NCBI RefSeq assembly: GCF_001194135.2
Contig: NC_068990.1
Coordinates: 79,758,311 to 79,822,310 of the forward strand
Length of the DNA stretch: 64,000 bases
From: Octopus bimaculoides
Lineage: Eukaryota
Direction: 5' to 3'
Shown here: positions 27,365-40,429 of the stretch, one piece after another
Position numbering within the stretch: the first letter of the stretch is position 1
Layout of the letters: every line of letters starts with the position of its first letter
Made by a program: the position numbers and the translations under genes
Notes under the pieces: model-generated
Told to the model about the DNA's origin: nothing
Seen by the model: only the letters and a program-made list of their open reading frames with translations
Database searches by the model: none

Positions 27365-28083
27365 GTGATAACTGGAATACCTCATCCAGTGATTTAGAAA
27401 TGATAACCATTTTCTGCTTCTTCTTCAATTTCATCTCATCACCACAATGAACTGAAAACAGGAAAAGTTAATATTCCACCATACATTGACATTAAAACGC
27501 TTTACCATGCTACACGTTTGTGCATTTTTTTCCACCATAGTGAGCTCATTCTTTTCGTTCGAAATTTTGGTCTGTAGTTTTATCACGAAAATAGATGCAT
27601 TTGCATTTTTCATATATGAACTGACACAGACTCCCCAAGAGGAAGGAAATACAATACCTAGTAATATTTTACGGTTATCGTATCCAACTATTAGCTTCAT
27701 CCATCATAATATCTTGTTGGTATTGTTGGCTGACTTCCATTTCTTGTTATTCAGTAACTAAACAGAGTTTACAATTCATTTCCCTCCACGTAATTCTAAT
27801 CAAGAGAAATTTAATTATAATAGTCAACTTACTGAGAACATATTTTTGAGTCAATCATGTTCGTTACTAACTTCAGACAATGTTGTAGTGATAGCAAAAA
27901 TCTATTGCCAATTGAATTTATCTCAAGTTATAACTTGTTAAATTTTATCACTTGCGGAAAGATGAACGACAAAGATGAAGTCTTTGCAGTAGATTTGAAT
28001 GACGAAACGTGAAAATCATGAAAAGGATCTAGTTAAGCAATTTATATTTTGTGCCAGTTTTCCAGAAGGATATACTCCCGGTT

Positions 28084-28150
<67 letters not shown>

Positions 28151-28285
28151 TTNNNNNNNNNNNNNNNNNNNNNNNNNNNNNNNNNNNNNNNNNNNNNNNN
28201 NNNNNNNNNNNNNNNNNNNNNNNNNNNNNNNNNNNNNNNNNNNNNNNNNNNNNNNNNNNNNNNNNNNNNNNNNNNNNNNNNNNNN

Positions 28286-28770
28286 GAAGAGAAGAGAGGA
28301 TGAAGCCCATAAACTGACCACAGTCTGTCTACCCAATGTGAAAGGCCTCTCCGAAAAGCTACAAAAGATATGCAGCCCATATGACATCAGGACTGTATAC
28401 AACACTTCGCAAATATCTCCTTCGAGTAAAACCACAAATAGAAGAGAATATGACCAAAAACTGCGTGTACTCCATCTCATGCAGCTGTGGTAGGTTATAC
28501 AAAGGCGAAACATGTCGCCCTCTCAAAATAAGGGTAGAGGAACATCGCAAAGCTGTGACATGAGGAGATATCGGTAAATCAGGTATAGCTGATCATCCCT
28601 GTGGGATGAAGTTAAAATAATAGACAGAGAATACCACTAGAAAATACGAAAACTAAAAGAGGCAGCACATATGCTAGGACGTAATAACCTCCTAAGTAGA
28701 CCTAGTGCTGATATGAGTAGCATATGGGAACCGATATTAAGGAAGAATAGGAAAATATTGGATTTATAAG
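28286..28770 (+). mobile_element. Penelope-like element, RT C-terminal linker plus GIY-YIG endonuclease remnant
   Basis: TVCLPNVKGLSEKLQKICSPYDIRTV (cf. .IPY.KG.SE.I.R.L....IRTVFK), NCVYSISCSCGRLYKGETCRPLKIRVEEHRKAV (GIY-YIG..R..EH) and LWDEVKIIDRE..RKLKEA; frameshifts and stops present. Confidence 0.9.
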
Positions 28771-28799
28771 CCCTAAAATTCACTCCATAATTGTCCACG

Positions 28800-28854
28800 G
28801 GCATAAGGCGTGGTGGTTAAGATTCCGAGTTCGCTTCCAGGCAGTGAAATGAAA

Positions 28855-28937
<83 letters not shown>

Positions 28938-29080
28938 CATCGGGAAAATACCTTAGGAATGAGAACCCAGGTTCGAAATTCCTCCAGGACACCTGATGAA
29001 GGCTGGAGAGTACAACGGCCGAAATGTTGTGTTAACAACAAACAAGATGAGGACAAATATCCGTTAAATATAAATAATGT
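28800..29080 (+). mobile_element. Small composite element: tRNA-like head, (AAT)n, hammerhead-bearing tail
   Basis: A-box-like aggcgtggtgg (28806-28816), B-box-like agttcgcttcc (28828-28838), (AAT)n at about 28855-28933, then a tail containing the hammerhead core. Confidence 0.65.
28988..29033 (+). ncRNA. Minimal type-I hammerhead ribozyme motif (possibly weakened copy)
   Basis: Stem I GACAC (28988-28992) with GTGTT (29029-29033); core CTGATGA (28993-28999); stem II GGC/GCC (29001-29003, 29018-29020); GAAA (29021-29024); loopless stem III and GTT cleavage triplet (29026-29028). Confidence 0.65.
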
Positions 29081-29445
29081 GATATATATAAGAAATTAAA
29101 GAAGGCAAATGCACACACTTTACATAGTTTTAATATAATTTATGATATCTCCTCTGTCCACAATAATAACGATAACCTATTACTTCCCTTTAGATTTTTC
29201 TACTTGTTGAATCCTTCATTCATAAACGTCACACACAACATGGACAAAAAAAAAAAAAAAAAAANNNNNNNNNNNNNNNNNNNNNNNNNNNNNNNNNNNN
29301 NNNNNNNNNNNNNNNNNNNNNNNNNNNNNNNNNNNNNNNNNNNNNNNNNNNNNNNNNNNNNNNNNNNNNNNNNNNNNNNNNNNNNNNNNNNNNNNNNNNN
29401 NNNNNNNNNNNNNNNNNNNNNNNNNNNNNNNNNNNNNNNNNNNNN

Positions 29446-29497
<52 letters not shown>

Positions 29498-30399
29498 TCT
29501 TAGTATGTATTCGGTATACACACAAATAGAGGGTGATAAATATTTTATAGCTTTTTTATCTTCTTTGTTTAGAAGATAAAGTATAAAAATATTGAATATT
29601 TACTAGCTTTTAACACCCGGGTTTGATCAGTATCTTATGTATAATGGTTTGCCACAAGTACAAACGCAAAGATCGATGATATTTTAAAGATATCACAATA
29701 TGCATTACACGCAATATTCGGAGTAAAAGGTAATATAAGATTATGTATATTGACAGATAATGAATTCGATTTTTGTCCACGACTAAGATCTGTTTTGATA
29801 AATTACAGTGTTTCAATGCCATACTGTACAACAGAATATATTGACAGATTTTAACCGATACACTATGTAAGAGGCATATATGCGCACCAAATCTTTATGT
29901 ACAATGTCTTTGTTGACAGGAAAAGAAAGAGCAGTAGTTTATTTATTGAACTAGCTGCCAAGAATAAATAGGTCTATCTGATTTACTGAAGCCCATAGTA
30001 ATAATAGGTTTATAGGCTGTATTCCTGTGGACAGGTAAAGAAGGTGCTCGGTAGATAATGAAATACCAACACAGGAGCGAAACTAGCCCGGTCCAAACTA
30101 ACTCCTTTTTATATACAATGCAAAATAGTGTATATAAAGGCAAAGTATTAGCTAAAATCTATAGATATATTCTGCAGTACTGTATAGCGTAAAATCTACT
30201 TTATACAAGATGGTTTAAATCTAATTGAAATAACAGAACACTTTGAAAGTACTGAACGCTCAGTACTTGCGGAAATGCTATCTTTAATGATCAAATCTAT
30301 ATAGCTGTAAATGGTGCAACGTGGTAACATAAAAAAAAAACGCTTTAAATAGCAATAGCACAGTAAGACTAACAAGTTTTCCTGTGAGTTTGAGACTTC

Positions 30400-30720
30400 A
30401 AAGCTCTAATAAAACCCACCTCCATTTGGAGATTTGATAGATGATCGTTGACTCCCAGTTGATTTCACCAGTTCTTGTAGCTAGTCATTGCTTTTGTCCA
30501 ATCACTGTGTTCAAACATCTTGCACATACAAGGATAAGACCCTTGCGTTTTGTTGCCGACGTTTCGACCACAGAACGAGTCGTACTGGTTTACCTGGCTA
30601 CAGAAGCAGATGATTTTAGAGACCTGACCTCCATAAAACGGAAATGATACATTAGATATCGTAATCCTAGATATACCTATAAGTTTGGTATGTTCGCTGC
30701 TGGAATATATTTTATCAACG
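30400..30720 (-). mobile_element. Decayed RTE-type LINE RT C-terminal region
   Basis: With a frameshift the minus strand reads FCG.ETSATKRK..RCLNTVIG..RTGEINWESTIIYQISKWRWV (cf. LYG.ETW..T..RCLR.I...W..I...(R/K)WRW.GH). Confidence 0.45.
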
Positions 30721-32508
30721 ATATGATCATACAAAGATGACATTATGCTAAATATCAACACACACTACACCAAAACATATGATGGCTAGAGATGAGTAGA
30801 ATATAATCATCATAAAAAAAATCTATCAGTATATTCATCATTAAATTTATAACAAGTACTATCTGTAAACAGACACAAAAGTAACGATGTGCTCTTTTTT
30901 TTCAACTGTTTCATAACGTAATTACATAATATTTTTTGACCGGATATCAAAATCTGATTGCTCTTATTGTTCATTTCTATTTTACGGCGCTTTATATTAT
31001 ACTTATTTATGGTTGGAACAATACACTTAATAATTTCACAAAGGCAGCATTTAAAGGTACCAACTATATTTCGCAAGTACATCTCGGAATTTAGTCCTCT
31101 CTTGTCTTGTTTTACTATTATATTCTTTCAATTAAACAAAATTGTTTTATCTCTGGCTTTCCACAAGTTATGTGATTAACAACCGCTATATTTTCGTTAC
31201 CTATTTAGCCTCAACAGATTGGCCTTATAGTCCCATCATAATCACAAAATACAAAGTTGTTTTTGATACTTTTATATTTTTATTTTCTTTCGAAAGCTGC
31301 TTCTTCTTTTGGCAGTAAATTTACTGAACAACTCTCTTCAATAAATTTTTCATTTCCGAAGAAGTCTCAGTCTATAAGTAAAATACTGTCTAATGCTGTC
31401 TCATTTAGATACAGTCTGTTAGAATACGATTGTTCTCTGGAGTCAATATTCCCAATAGAGCACATTCTTTAACAGAAACTTTTTATTAAAACTGACATTT
31501 TAAATACGCTACATTAATAAAGCGACGAGAGTCTGTCTTAATGAGTCTTAACTATTTGGTGCCACCATTCTCATACGTTTCAATTTACCTATTATCACAT
31601 TTATGTATTGGCATGCTATTTATTTCGACAGGTCTCCGTCATGTTTCTGTGTGTAGAAGTATTTTAATATTAGCTGCCCTGTTAGGAAATCTGATTGGCT
31701 ATTTTACAACCATGTGATCGCTTGGTTTAAGATGTACTTTAATGACGATATGGACTTCCTTCAGTACAAAGCTTGCAGATTCGTATTTTGCACTTTATGT
31801 TTAACTGTGTCATCTTCTATATTTCCTTTATCATTGATAGAAAGATGATAATGTTAGTCTGACACATTGGTAGGTTGATGTATTGGCTCTGGTGATATCA
31901 CTAATACATATCAAATTAAACTAAGTGGTACGGGATAAACGATGACTGCGGTAGTATGCCATTTATAATTGCAAGTAACGGTACGAGAAGCGATAAATGT
32001 TCATATCCGCGCTCTACCTATTACTCTATCTGGAAAGAAAAGTGGCACACCTCTATATTTTGATGACTAACGTTTTATAATATACATTACTAATGTCGTT
32101 TTAGTTTTTATTCAAATTAAAGAAAAGATGAAAAATATAGAATTTATGGAAAATGAATTCTTAATATGCATTAGAGTTTTGGTGAACACAGAATGTATAA
32201 TTGATAAAATGTCTTTGAATATTAACTTGGATAAGTATCGTTTGGACACATGCAGATTATTGTATGAACTTTATGCCATAAATTCAATTTCGATTCCTTC
32301 TTAGTAATTTGTAATATACTGTATTGAACATTAGTATAGCTTTCCTTGCTCAAGCTGAGTGACTGGCGAATTATCTATGCAGATAAATTAATACTGTTTA
32401 ATAAAAGAAAATATTACAGAATTTATTTTGAAGAGATGGAATATAATGTAATCGATAGCACAGTCACCTGACAAAAGAAATAAACGTGATTCCAGTCCTG
32501 CATAATGT

Positions 32509-32548
<40 letters not shown>

Positions 32549-33199
32549 TTTTCTTTCTTTCTTTTTTCTTCAGATTGTTGATAAAGCTTAATACCATCTA
32601 ATATACAAAAAGAATTCTTGAATGAAAAACTTACGTGAATTTAAAATCCGTGTATATTAAGCTTGTGACCTTGTTCCAAGTTTCTGTTGAAACCATTTCA
32701 GTTACATCGACAATAACCATTGAAAATTTATTAACTACATAACTTTTCAGTTACTCAACTATGCAAATACAAGAGTTTGGGGGAATATTTGCACTGAATT
32801 AAGGTACGATCATGAGCCAAACTTCATTACTTGTGTTGCTCACATATAGCTAATGAAAGGCCGAAATTACCTTTTTTTTTTATTATAAAGAAGTACCAGT
32901 AAGATACACGTTCTCGGTCAACGAATTATACACTATAGTATCGAATATAACTTGGACTTAATGGGGAAGTACTTACAGAGATTTAAGAGACTAAAAGAAC
33001 GTTATTGTTAAATTTTGCAACCAATGCAGTGCTCCAGCACTACTTTAACGATATCTTTTTTGCCCAATTCTGACATTGGGGCTCCTGAAGATGTCTGTCG
33101 TTGTGGAGTGTATCTCAGATTGGCCAAATGTTTGAAAAAATTCTAGTTTAGAAGTGCAAGATTATGAGACACTCTTAAATTTTAGAGTGTTTCAAATAT

Positions 33200-33560
33200 T
33201 TAGAAATTAGATTTGTATGTATCCATCGTGCATGTTTATTGAGTTGTCTCCTTCGACATCTCCTTCAATTCGCAGAAGGAGTACTCCACAACTTATGAGA
33301 TGTTCTGCACTCAACACTAACCAATCCGCTTTCGCCATGGCAAGATGGGCAGCTTCCCTAAATTTAGCATTACGTCTGGTTAGATCTTCATTAACTTGGT
33401 ACATCTTTCAACACACTATCGCTCCTAATGTTTGGTTCAAAGTAGTGTCCTGGGGTGTATTTGATCTCAATGCATGTTCAATCAGAATTGATTGTTTTTG
33501 TAAGTAAAATGCTTTCGACCGAGAAGGCCAATGTTCAATTAACCGTTGAATATTCATATA
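33200..33560 (-). mobile_element. Possible Tc1/mariner-like transposase N-terminal remnant
   Basis: Broken frames give EH.AFSVE.F.., NAKFREA and VQNIS.VVE, loosely like the helix-turn-helix N-terminus of Tc1-like transposases; no TIRs or DDE region seen. Confidence 0.3.
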
Positions 33561-35800
33561 TTTTCTCCACATCTAAATCGTAATAGGAGTGATGTTGAAG
33601 GTTTTTCTTTTCTTTTAGTGTGCCTGTGATTAAGAGATGGACTAGCTGAACGAGAATTGACTTGGTGATGGGTACACCAAGGAAACGGCAAGATGATGAA
33701 AACAGTTAACTTTTTAGCCTACAGAATATAACGTTATCAAAAAACCAGATATAACTATAAATGATACAGTTTGGATAAAATAACAAACAAACATAGTATA
33801 TGCAAAAGTAATCTGTGTAAATGTTCAGATTGATATATGAATACCATGGATTCTTACACTACTGTTTTAAAAATAAATGTATGTTGAAAGTGTATGGCAT
33901 TTATCAGGCTTACTAATAATACCTCGCATAATATACTGCATATGTAATATCGTGACTAGGCAATCTATGAGGTGCTACACTGTAAATGCTTTTGGATAGT
34001 TATTATTTCGGAGACAGCTTGCATATTTATAAACTAGGAAATAAATGAATAAAAACAAACAAAATAGATTTGTATATTATTTCCTTGAAAGAAGCGAGCT
34101 AATCCCATGGTTAGGAAGTCCTCCCCTATTTCACGCTTCTTGGTAAATCTCTTGAGTGGAAATGAAACGATTGTAATATGGCTGCATCATATATTTTCCC
34201 CTTTGAACAAATCACCATCCTTACTACTTTCCTCGAGTGAATGCATTATGTAAGGCATGAAACGTTCCAGCATTCGTTATTCTTTTCTATTTTTTCATTC
34301 CAAATCATACGGAATTAAAAGTTTCAGGAAAATACAATGTTATTTCGAATCGAAGCAGATCCATGCCTATTAACTTCAACGGATCTCTAAGCGTATAAAC
34401 GTTCGACCAATAAAACTAAATTATGATATTTATAATGTTTTATGAGTTTTTTTTTTATAAACTGCGTTGCATGGAATATTTGGAGAATTTGGTCTTGGGC
34501 AAAAGCCAGTTTTATAACATTATATAAACCAGCTGATTGACCTCAATAACATTGCTTGCATGGCTTACTTTCCTGAATAGCACCAATAATATTCACAAAA
34601 AGTCAGTATTGCTTTCGCTGAAAAGTAAATCGGGCATTGCTCTACACAAACATATAATTCCAGCTTATACTATTTATTGCAACAGTCGAGTTACTATTGG
34701 ATTTCACCAAGAAATGACAAACTCCTCAAAAGAGATATGAATAAAAGCATTATTTTCAAGAGATATGCCTAAAAGCATTTCCGGAAATCTGTAACTTTCT
34801 TCTGAGACAAACATGATCATATTATTAACCAAAGCTAATTATAATGAGTATTGCAATAAAAAAGAGTGAAAAAAATAAAATTGATTATAAAAAAAAAAAA
34901 ATAGTGCTTAAAAAAAACATCTTCGATACAGATTTAAATACTTTTCTAACGATTGTTATGACTGCAGCTTCCACGTTAAGGATATTTTCTATTTAATTTC
35001 ACTCTCAAATTAATATTTCACCTATGACAAATAGGTACTCAAGACCGCAAACTTCTGCTCCCTAATCGATAACTTTCAATTACTATTTCTAATTATAAAT
35101 GTTTTCTTTATAGTGCTGGACAGCATGGCAATGAACCAACGCATTTTCTGTAAAGAACAAAGCAATATTTAGTTGGTCCTTTTGCCACCAGTTTATAATA
35201 TCCACTGCACGTAAAATGTGCGGTTGTGTCTACATTTCAACTAATGTTGGCATAACCTATAAAATGAAATAATAAAACAAACAACCAACCAGTTTCATTA
35301 ATTGCATTTACGTATGTGAAGGATACAAGAGAAGAATAGAATTTATGATAAAATGTTCGCATTGAACCTTCTTTAAAATGATTAAATTTCTATTAACTTT
35401 CAGCGCATGAAATACCTTAAAAAACAAATAAATGAAACAAAAAGATTAATTGATGTTTCATGATACCCAAATCAAAAACGATAATTACAATCTAATAATA
35501 AATGCTATGTTCACCTCACTTGTTCAATTAACATGGGAAATATATTTAATTAAACAGCTAAGTTAGCACAATGCCAACAATAAAAGAAAGAGAGTGCGTT
35601 GCTAATTAAGCTCTTATGGAATAATGCATCGAAAGAAACACAATTTCAGCAATTCTTCAGTATCCTCTCTTTTAGAATAGGCTAAAATGCTAAGATAAAA
35701 TCACAAAATATTTTACTTTTTTCTTTTTTACCTAAGAAAGTGGCACAGAAGACAGAATACAAGCTATCTAATACTTGCCAGATTATCTGGCCGTGCCAAG

Positions 35801-35801
<1 letters not shown>

Positions 35802-35887
<86 letters not shown>

Positions 35888-35921
35888 NNNNNNNNNNTAT
35901 TATTATTATTATTATTACTAT

Positions 35922-35986
<65 letters not shown>

Positions 35987-36073
35987 TTATTATTACTATT
36001 ATTATTACTATTATTATTATTATTATTATCATTGATAATAATAATAACAACAACAACAACAACAATAATAATA
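35802..36073. repeat. Compound (TTA)/(CTA)/(TAA)/(CAA) microsatellite
   Basis: Direct reading; contains a 10-N gap. Confidence 0.95.
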
Positions 36074-36119
36074 ATGCAAAGCAGTCTGGGATGGCAGGTC
36101 AAACAACAGATTGAAACTT

Positions 36120-36990
36120 TCGTTGTTGCTGTTAGAAATAGCAACACAATAACTAGTAAAAACGTAACACACTCAAAAGAATATTTAAGAAACAATAGGA
36201 ACAAAGATTGAATAACTGGAAAGTAGAAGCGAGGCATGGGCAATTCTTCAGAGTAATGGGAGGATCATTATGAAATCAACATCTGGAGGAGGCTAAGGAA
36301 AAGTGATCTGAAAAGAGCACTGTGGGATTGATATGCAGCGTTCAGGAACAGGCTCTGAGAACTAATTACACCAAGTTTCAAATAGGTAAGAGTAGGGAAT
36401 AGCCCTTTCGTAGAATGCGTGACAGCAAAAATGAAATAGTCGTCTCATATATTGTGAGTGAGTGTAGCAAATTGGCTAATAAAGAATACAAAAGGAGGCA
36501 TGCTAACGTAGCTAGGTATGTTCATTGGAGATTGTTTGAGAAATACGGTTTTGGAAGGACACTGAAATAGTACGAGCGAGAAGAAAATCCAAGCTCAATG
36601 GGATAAATGATATTCCCGTTCAAGAGCCGTATATATCATGGGGTATAGTGCCGGATTAATTAAGTAAACAAAACAATACCGTGGGAAAGGAGATTGCTGG
36701 CTGTCTACAAGGCCTAACACTCATAGGTAGATGCTGATAAAATGTATTTCGGAAGAAAGTATGGAGGAAGAGCATTAATAAACGTAATAAAAAAAAAACT
36801 GTATGGAAGTATAGAGAGGTTAATGAAGTGCGTTGCTGTGAGCAAAGAGGCTCTTTTGATAGCAATAAGAAAAGAGGATATAGGAACGGCTGCAAAAAGT
36901 TTGAATGATTGGTTGAGAATGTTACATACCCTGATTCCACAGTATACCTATTTGCTTGGCACTGTAAGGATTATAAGAAAGGTGCTAGAC
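36120..36990 (+). mobile_element. R4/Dong-like non-LTR retrotransposon remnant, rearranged
   Basis: GLICSVQEQALRTNYTKFQIGKS..SECSKLANKEYKRRHANVARYVHW (zinc-knuckle region), VDADKMYFGRKYGGRALI (cf. D.DRLY.PRK.GGRGL) and terminal LLGTVRIIRKVLD (cf. LLGTARILRKVL). Confidence 0.85.
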
Positions 36991-37584
36991 TCTACTGCTG
37001 CAGAACACAGCTCGATATCTAACAATCTAATAAAGGAAGAAGAACAACGAAATGCCAAGTGAATGAAAGGAACAACAAAAACATCAACATGAACAGCAAG
37101 AATAATAATGCCTTGATTGAAAAACAACGTGGTCATGGAATCATGCGTCAACATTAAAAGCAAAATAAACCCAATAATATCACCAAGACTAGATCGATAT
37201 TGACAAAGCAGGAAAGTGATATTAGTAGGCTTCCAATAAGTTAAACTGATCTCTTTGTTTTGACTCGCAGCTGGTTGTTGTATAGAAAATTTATTGTTTA
37301 AATATACACGCGTGTAAATGAGAAACAGTAAGAATGTTGTGCAAATAATAATAAAAAATCTGGATATAAACAAGACAAAGCGGAAACGATCCCAGTAAGT
37401 TCAACTTTACAAATTATTAATATATACAAAATGCATTGTTTAAACAATGATCAGCAAGTGCAAGGAAGAGGGGAACATTTGGTGCAAAAAACAAACCAAA
37501 ATAATAAGAACTTAAAAATAAACCAACACTACTTAAAAATAGTTCAACTCTATTCAGAGATAGAACTTACTGTTCGAACAACAC

Positions 37585-37631
<47 letters not shown>

Positions 37632-37639
37632 CAGAAAGT

Positions 37640-37990
37640 AGTTCAGTAAGTAGCCAGGATTGATATGGACAAGATTACCAATGTCCCCGGACATGATCAC
37701 TAACGCGATCTTAAAAAGTCAATAATACCATCTATGTTATCATCACTGTTTGCTATGATTAAGAGAACAGTTCCGAAATGTAGAAACAGAAAGTAGCTAC
37801 CCAGGTGGGTGAATGAATCGAAATATTTGTTTGGCAGTAGCACGAAATAATGTGGAATGTATATCATGGTTATCTTGGATGTACAAGATATCTATGCCTG
37901 TATAGGATAGTTCATTTATCAAGTTGCCAGTGTTTGGTTCTGAAGTCTGCATTACAATAATGATTAATTGACTATCCAAAATATTCTGGC
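37640..37990 (-). mobile_element. Decayed APE endonuclease N-terminus of a LINE (probably RTE)
   Basis: NTGNLINELSYTGIDILYIQDNH resembles K..EL.DEL.R..IDI..(L/V)QET, with LFKIALVI downstream. Confidence 0.45.
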
Positions 37991-38499
37991 AGAAGTATTC
38001 CCAATATTTTCTCTTAATCTGTTGATCTAGAACTTCGACACAGACGTATTGTAACTTGTAACCAATGTTTCACGTGAGCAACAGATGAAAAACATATGGA
38101 GTCAATAAATGAAGAATACATAAGAATCTTAGCAATTCTTCATTATTTTGTAATTCAATAAAATTCATTCTGAGCACAAATTCTGTAAATTTTCTCACAG
38201 ATATTCTTACTCTCACTTTCTGTCTATCTTCTGTCAGTCTTCCTCCAGCCATCATATCATTTGTCTTATCATGCGCGCGCGCGTGTGTATGAATTTACAT
38301 TCAAACAATGATGCAAACAGAAATAAGAGGAAAAGAATGAAAATTTTATAACTGAAAATCCGGTCGTACGTGTAAAGGAATGAAATAAACCGTTAGGAAT
38401 ATCGACAGCTTTATCTTTTTTAATGTTCCCAAGAAATTGAGGAGCAGTATTCATAGCATTTGCAGCTAACACTTCCAGGGTAGTGAAGAGGGAGGGCAA

Positions 38500-38650
38500 C
38501 ATTTATGACCTTTGTAGGTCACACTCTTTGGCTCGCCTAAGCAACATGTTTATTGCTACATTATCCAATATGTCCTTCTTTCCTCCAGACAGTCGTGTAA
38601 TGTAGCAGCTATTTCTAGTAACTCCAAACGAGGGCTCCTTTCGTTGCCTC
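38500..38650 (+). repeat. Dispersed repeat family B copy
   Basis: gctacattatccaatatgtccttc..gcagctatttctagt..gagggctcc. Confidence 0.55.
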
Positions 38651-40429
38651 AAAACCAAATGGTATATTCGGCCTACTAAATATGAAGCAATCAGTTATAT
38701 ATTCGGGTTAGTTCTTCAATTGCCTCAAAAACTTATGCTTCTAACTATACAGGAAACATCATTACTATATATTATATACTATAATTATATCATGTGCGTT
38801 TTTGTTTTATTTTACTTGTTTTGAAAGTGTTTTAATCGATATGTTATTATCACTCGTTATTTTTCTCCTCTTAATTGTATATTCCTCCTATATTTTCAAT
38901 ATAAGTAAACTCGTAAAGGAGGTAAATGAATAACAACGGATTAAATATTTCTCGGTTTTAACTTTTATCATTCTCCTTTCTAGGTTCATCCCTTATTCAA
39001 CACTATACGTATTGTATACCAGTCATCCACTGCAGTCAGTTTTAAATTGAGTGAATATCTATATTATTGATAAGCAGTGATTAGGTTCGCAATATAAATT
39101 TTTAGTTGGGTTGAGCCTTTGTGTGTTCTGGCTGCACTGGACATTATGTACTGCATTTGGTGTTTAGAGTTTGTATTTCTGCTTTTCAGTTCTTGTGTGT
39201 GAATGTTTGAAGTTGATTTATCGATTTGTTAGGGGCCACCCAACCGAGCTTATGACCTACTATGGATGATGGATCAAGCGTGTGTGAGATGAACTTATAT
39301 AGGGTATACTTAAACGCTTCATAGCACGTTCCTACTTTCTCGTAATAAAGAATTAAGCAACCGAGTTCTTCGAAAACAGGGCTCTTACAATATATCATTT
39401 TTCTTTCTATATAATTGTACATAAATTATTTTTATTTATTTCAATACTTAAGCAGTCTGTATCACTTTTGACAGTTTAACATCATCCGTTAACTGAGAAC
39501 CCAGGCAGACTACTTCATCATCTAAATTTGATAAAATGGTGATAAATAAGAGAAGTCCGAGATCAATACTTCATTCAATATTTGTTCTCTTCAAGACAGG
39601 CTTCAAAGTGCAGGGATGTGTTATACAGCTTTGTTCAGTACCAAAACGACATTGAATAATACTGAGGAAGTTGTTAATCATCTTCGGAGAGTTATCAGTT
39701 TTCTTACAGAGCATTCATTCCGGTATATTAGTTTGTGTGCGAGGTGATGGATATAAGCCTATAAATACTGAATTGTACTTTGCCTTCCTCTTCATAAATT
39801 GATGTGAGGATTCTTTTCACCCAATGTTCTAAATGTTTCAGTATCCAGTATTTGAAAAGAATTTTTCAAAACATTTGCTAGGAAATTCTTGCATGATTTA
39901 TAGAATGATGGCTAGAATAAAACTAGCTCAGGAGCTGGTTTTTACGAAATAAATAGAATCATTTTACGGTGATAGTTGGTGTGGGTGAGGAAACTACTCG
40001 TATTACTTTCTTGCCTCTATAAACCAAGCGATTTTATGTATTTGTTTTGATAATATTGTATATCTCCTATGTATAATTACTGCATGATCCATCTTGATAT
40101 TGTAGTCATCTGAGCTGACTTTCTGTGAACGTACGCTACATATAAAGAGGTTTAGGGTTAGCTTTAATTTCTTTCATATCATGGTACGTTCTTTAAGAGA
40201 TTGTCTGCTGAATTTCTGTTCGCCGTGTTTCTTGTTTTTTTAACAAACAGGTGGATTAGTAGGATTTGATGCATCTGTAGATTGGATGCGTAAATAAAAG
40301 TGGCGTGTGTTACAACACCCCGTAAGACAAACTACAGGTTGATATCGTAGGAAATAAATAAGGTGGTTATGTAATATACTTTTAACATGTTATATATATG
40401 TAAAATTATATACGTATGTATGTATGTAT

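Noticed and set aside
29665-29875. Open frame of about 70 codons (KISQYALHAIFGVKG..)
   Set aside because: No start or splice context and no recognisable motif; a similar unsupported frame lies at about 39560-39750.
30555-30600. GAAACGTC on the minus strand as a third hammerhead
   Set aside because: No upstream CTGANGA core; it lies within an RTE-like coding remnant.
36948-37373. 141-aa hydrophobic minus-strand ORF
   Set aside because: Antisense to an A-rich tract and partly to the R4-like element; T-richness explains both the lack of stops and the hydrophobicity.
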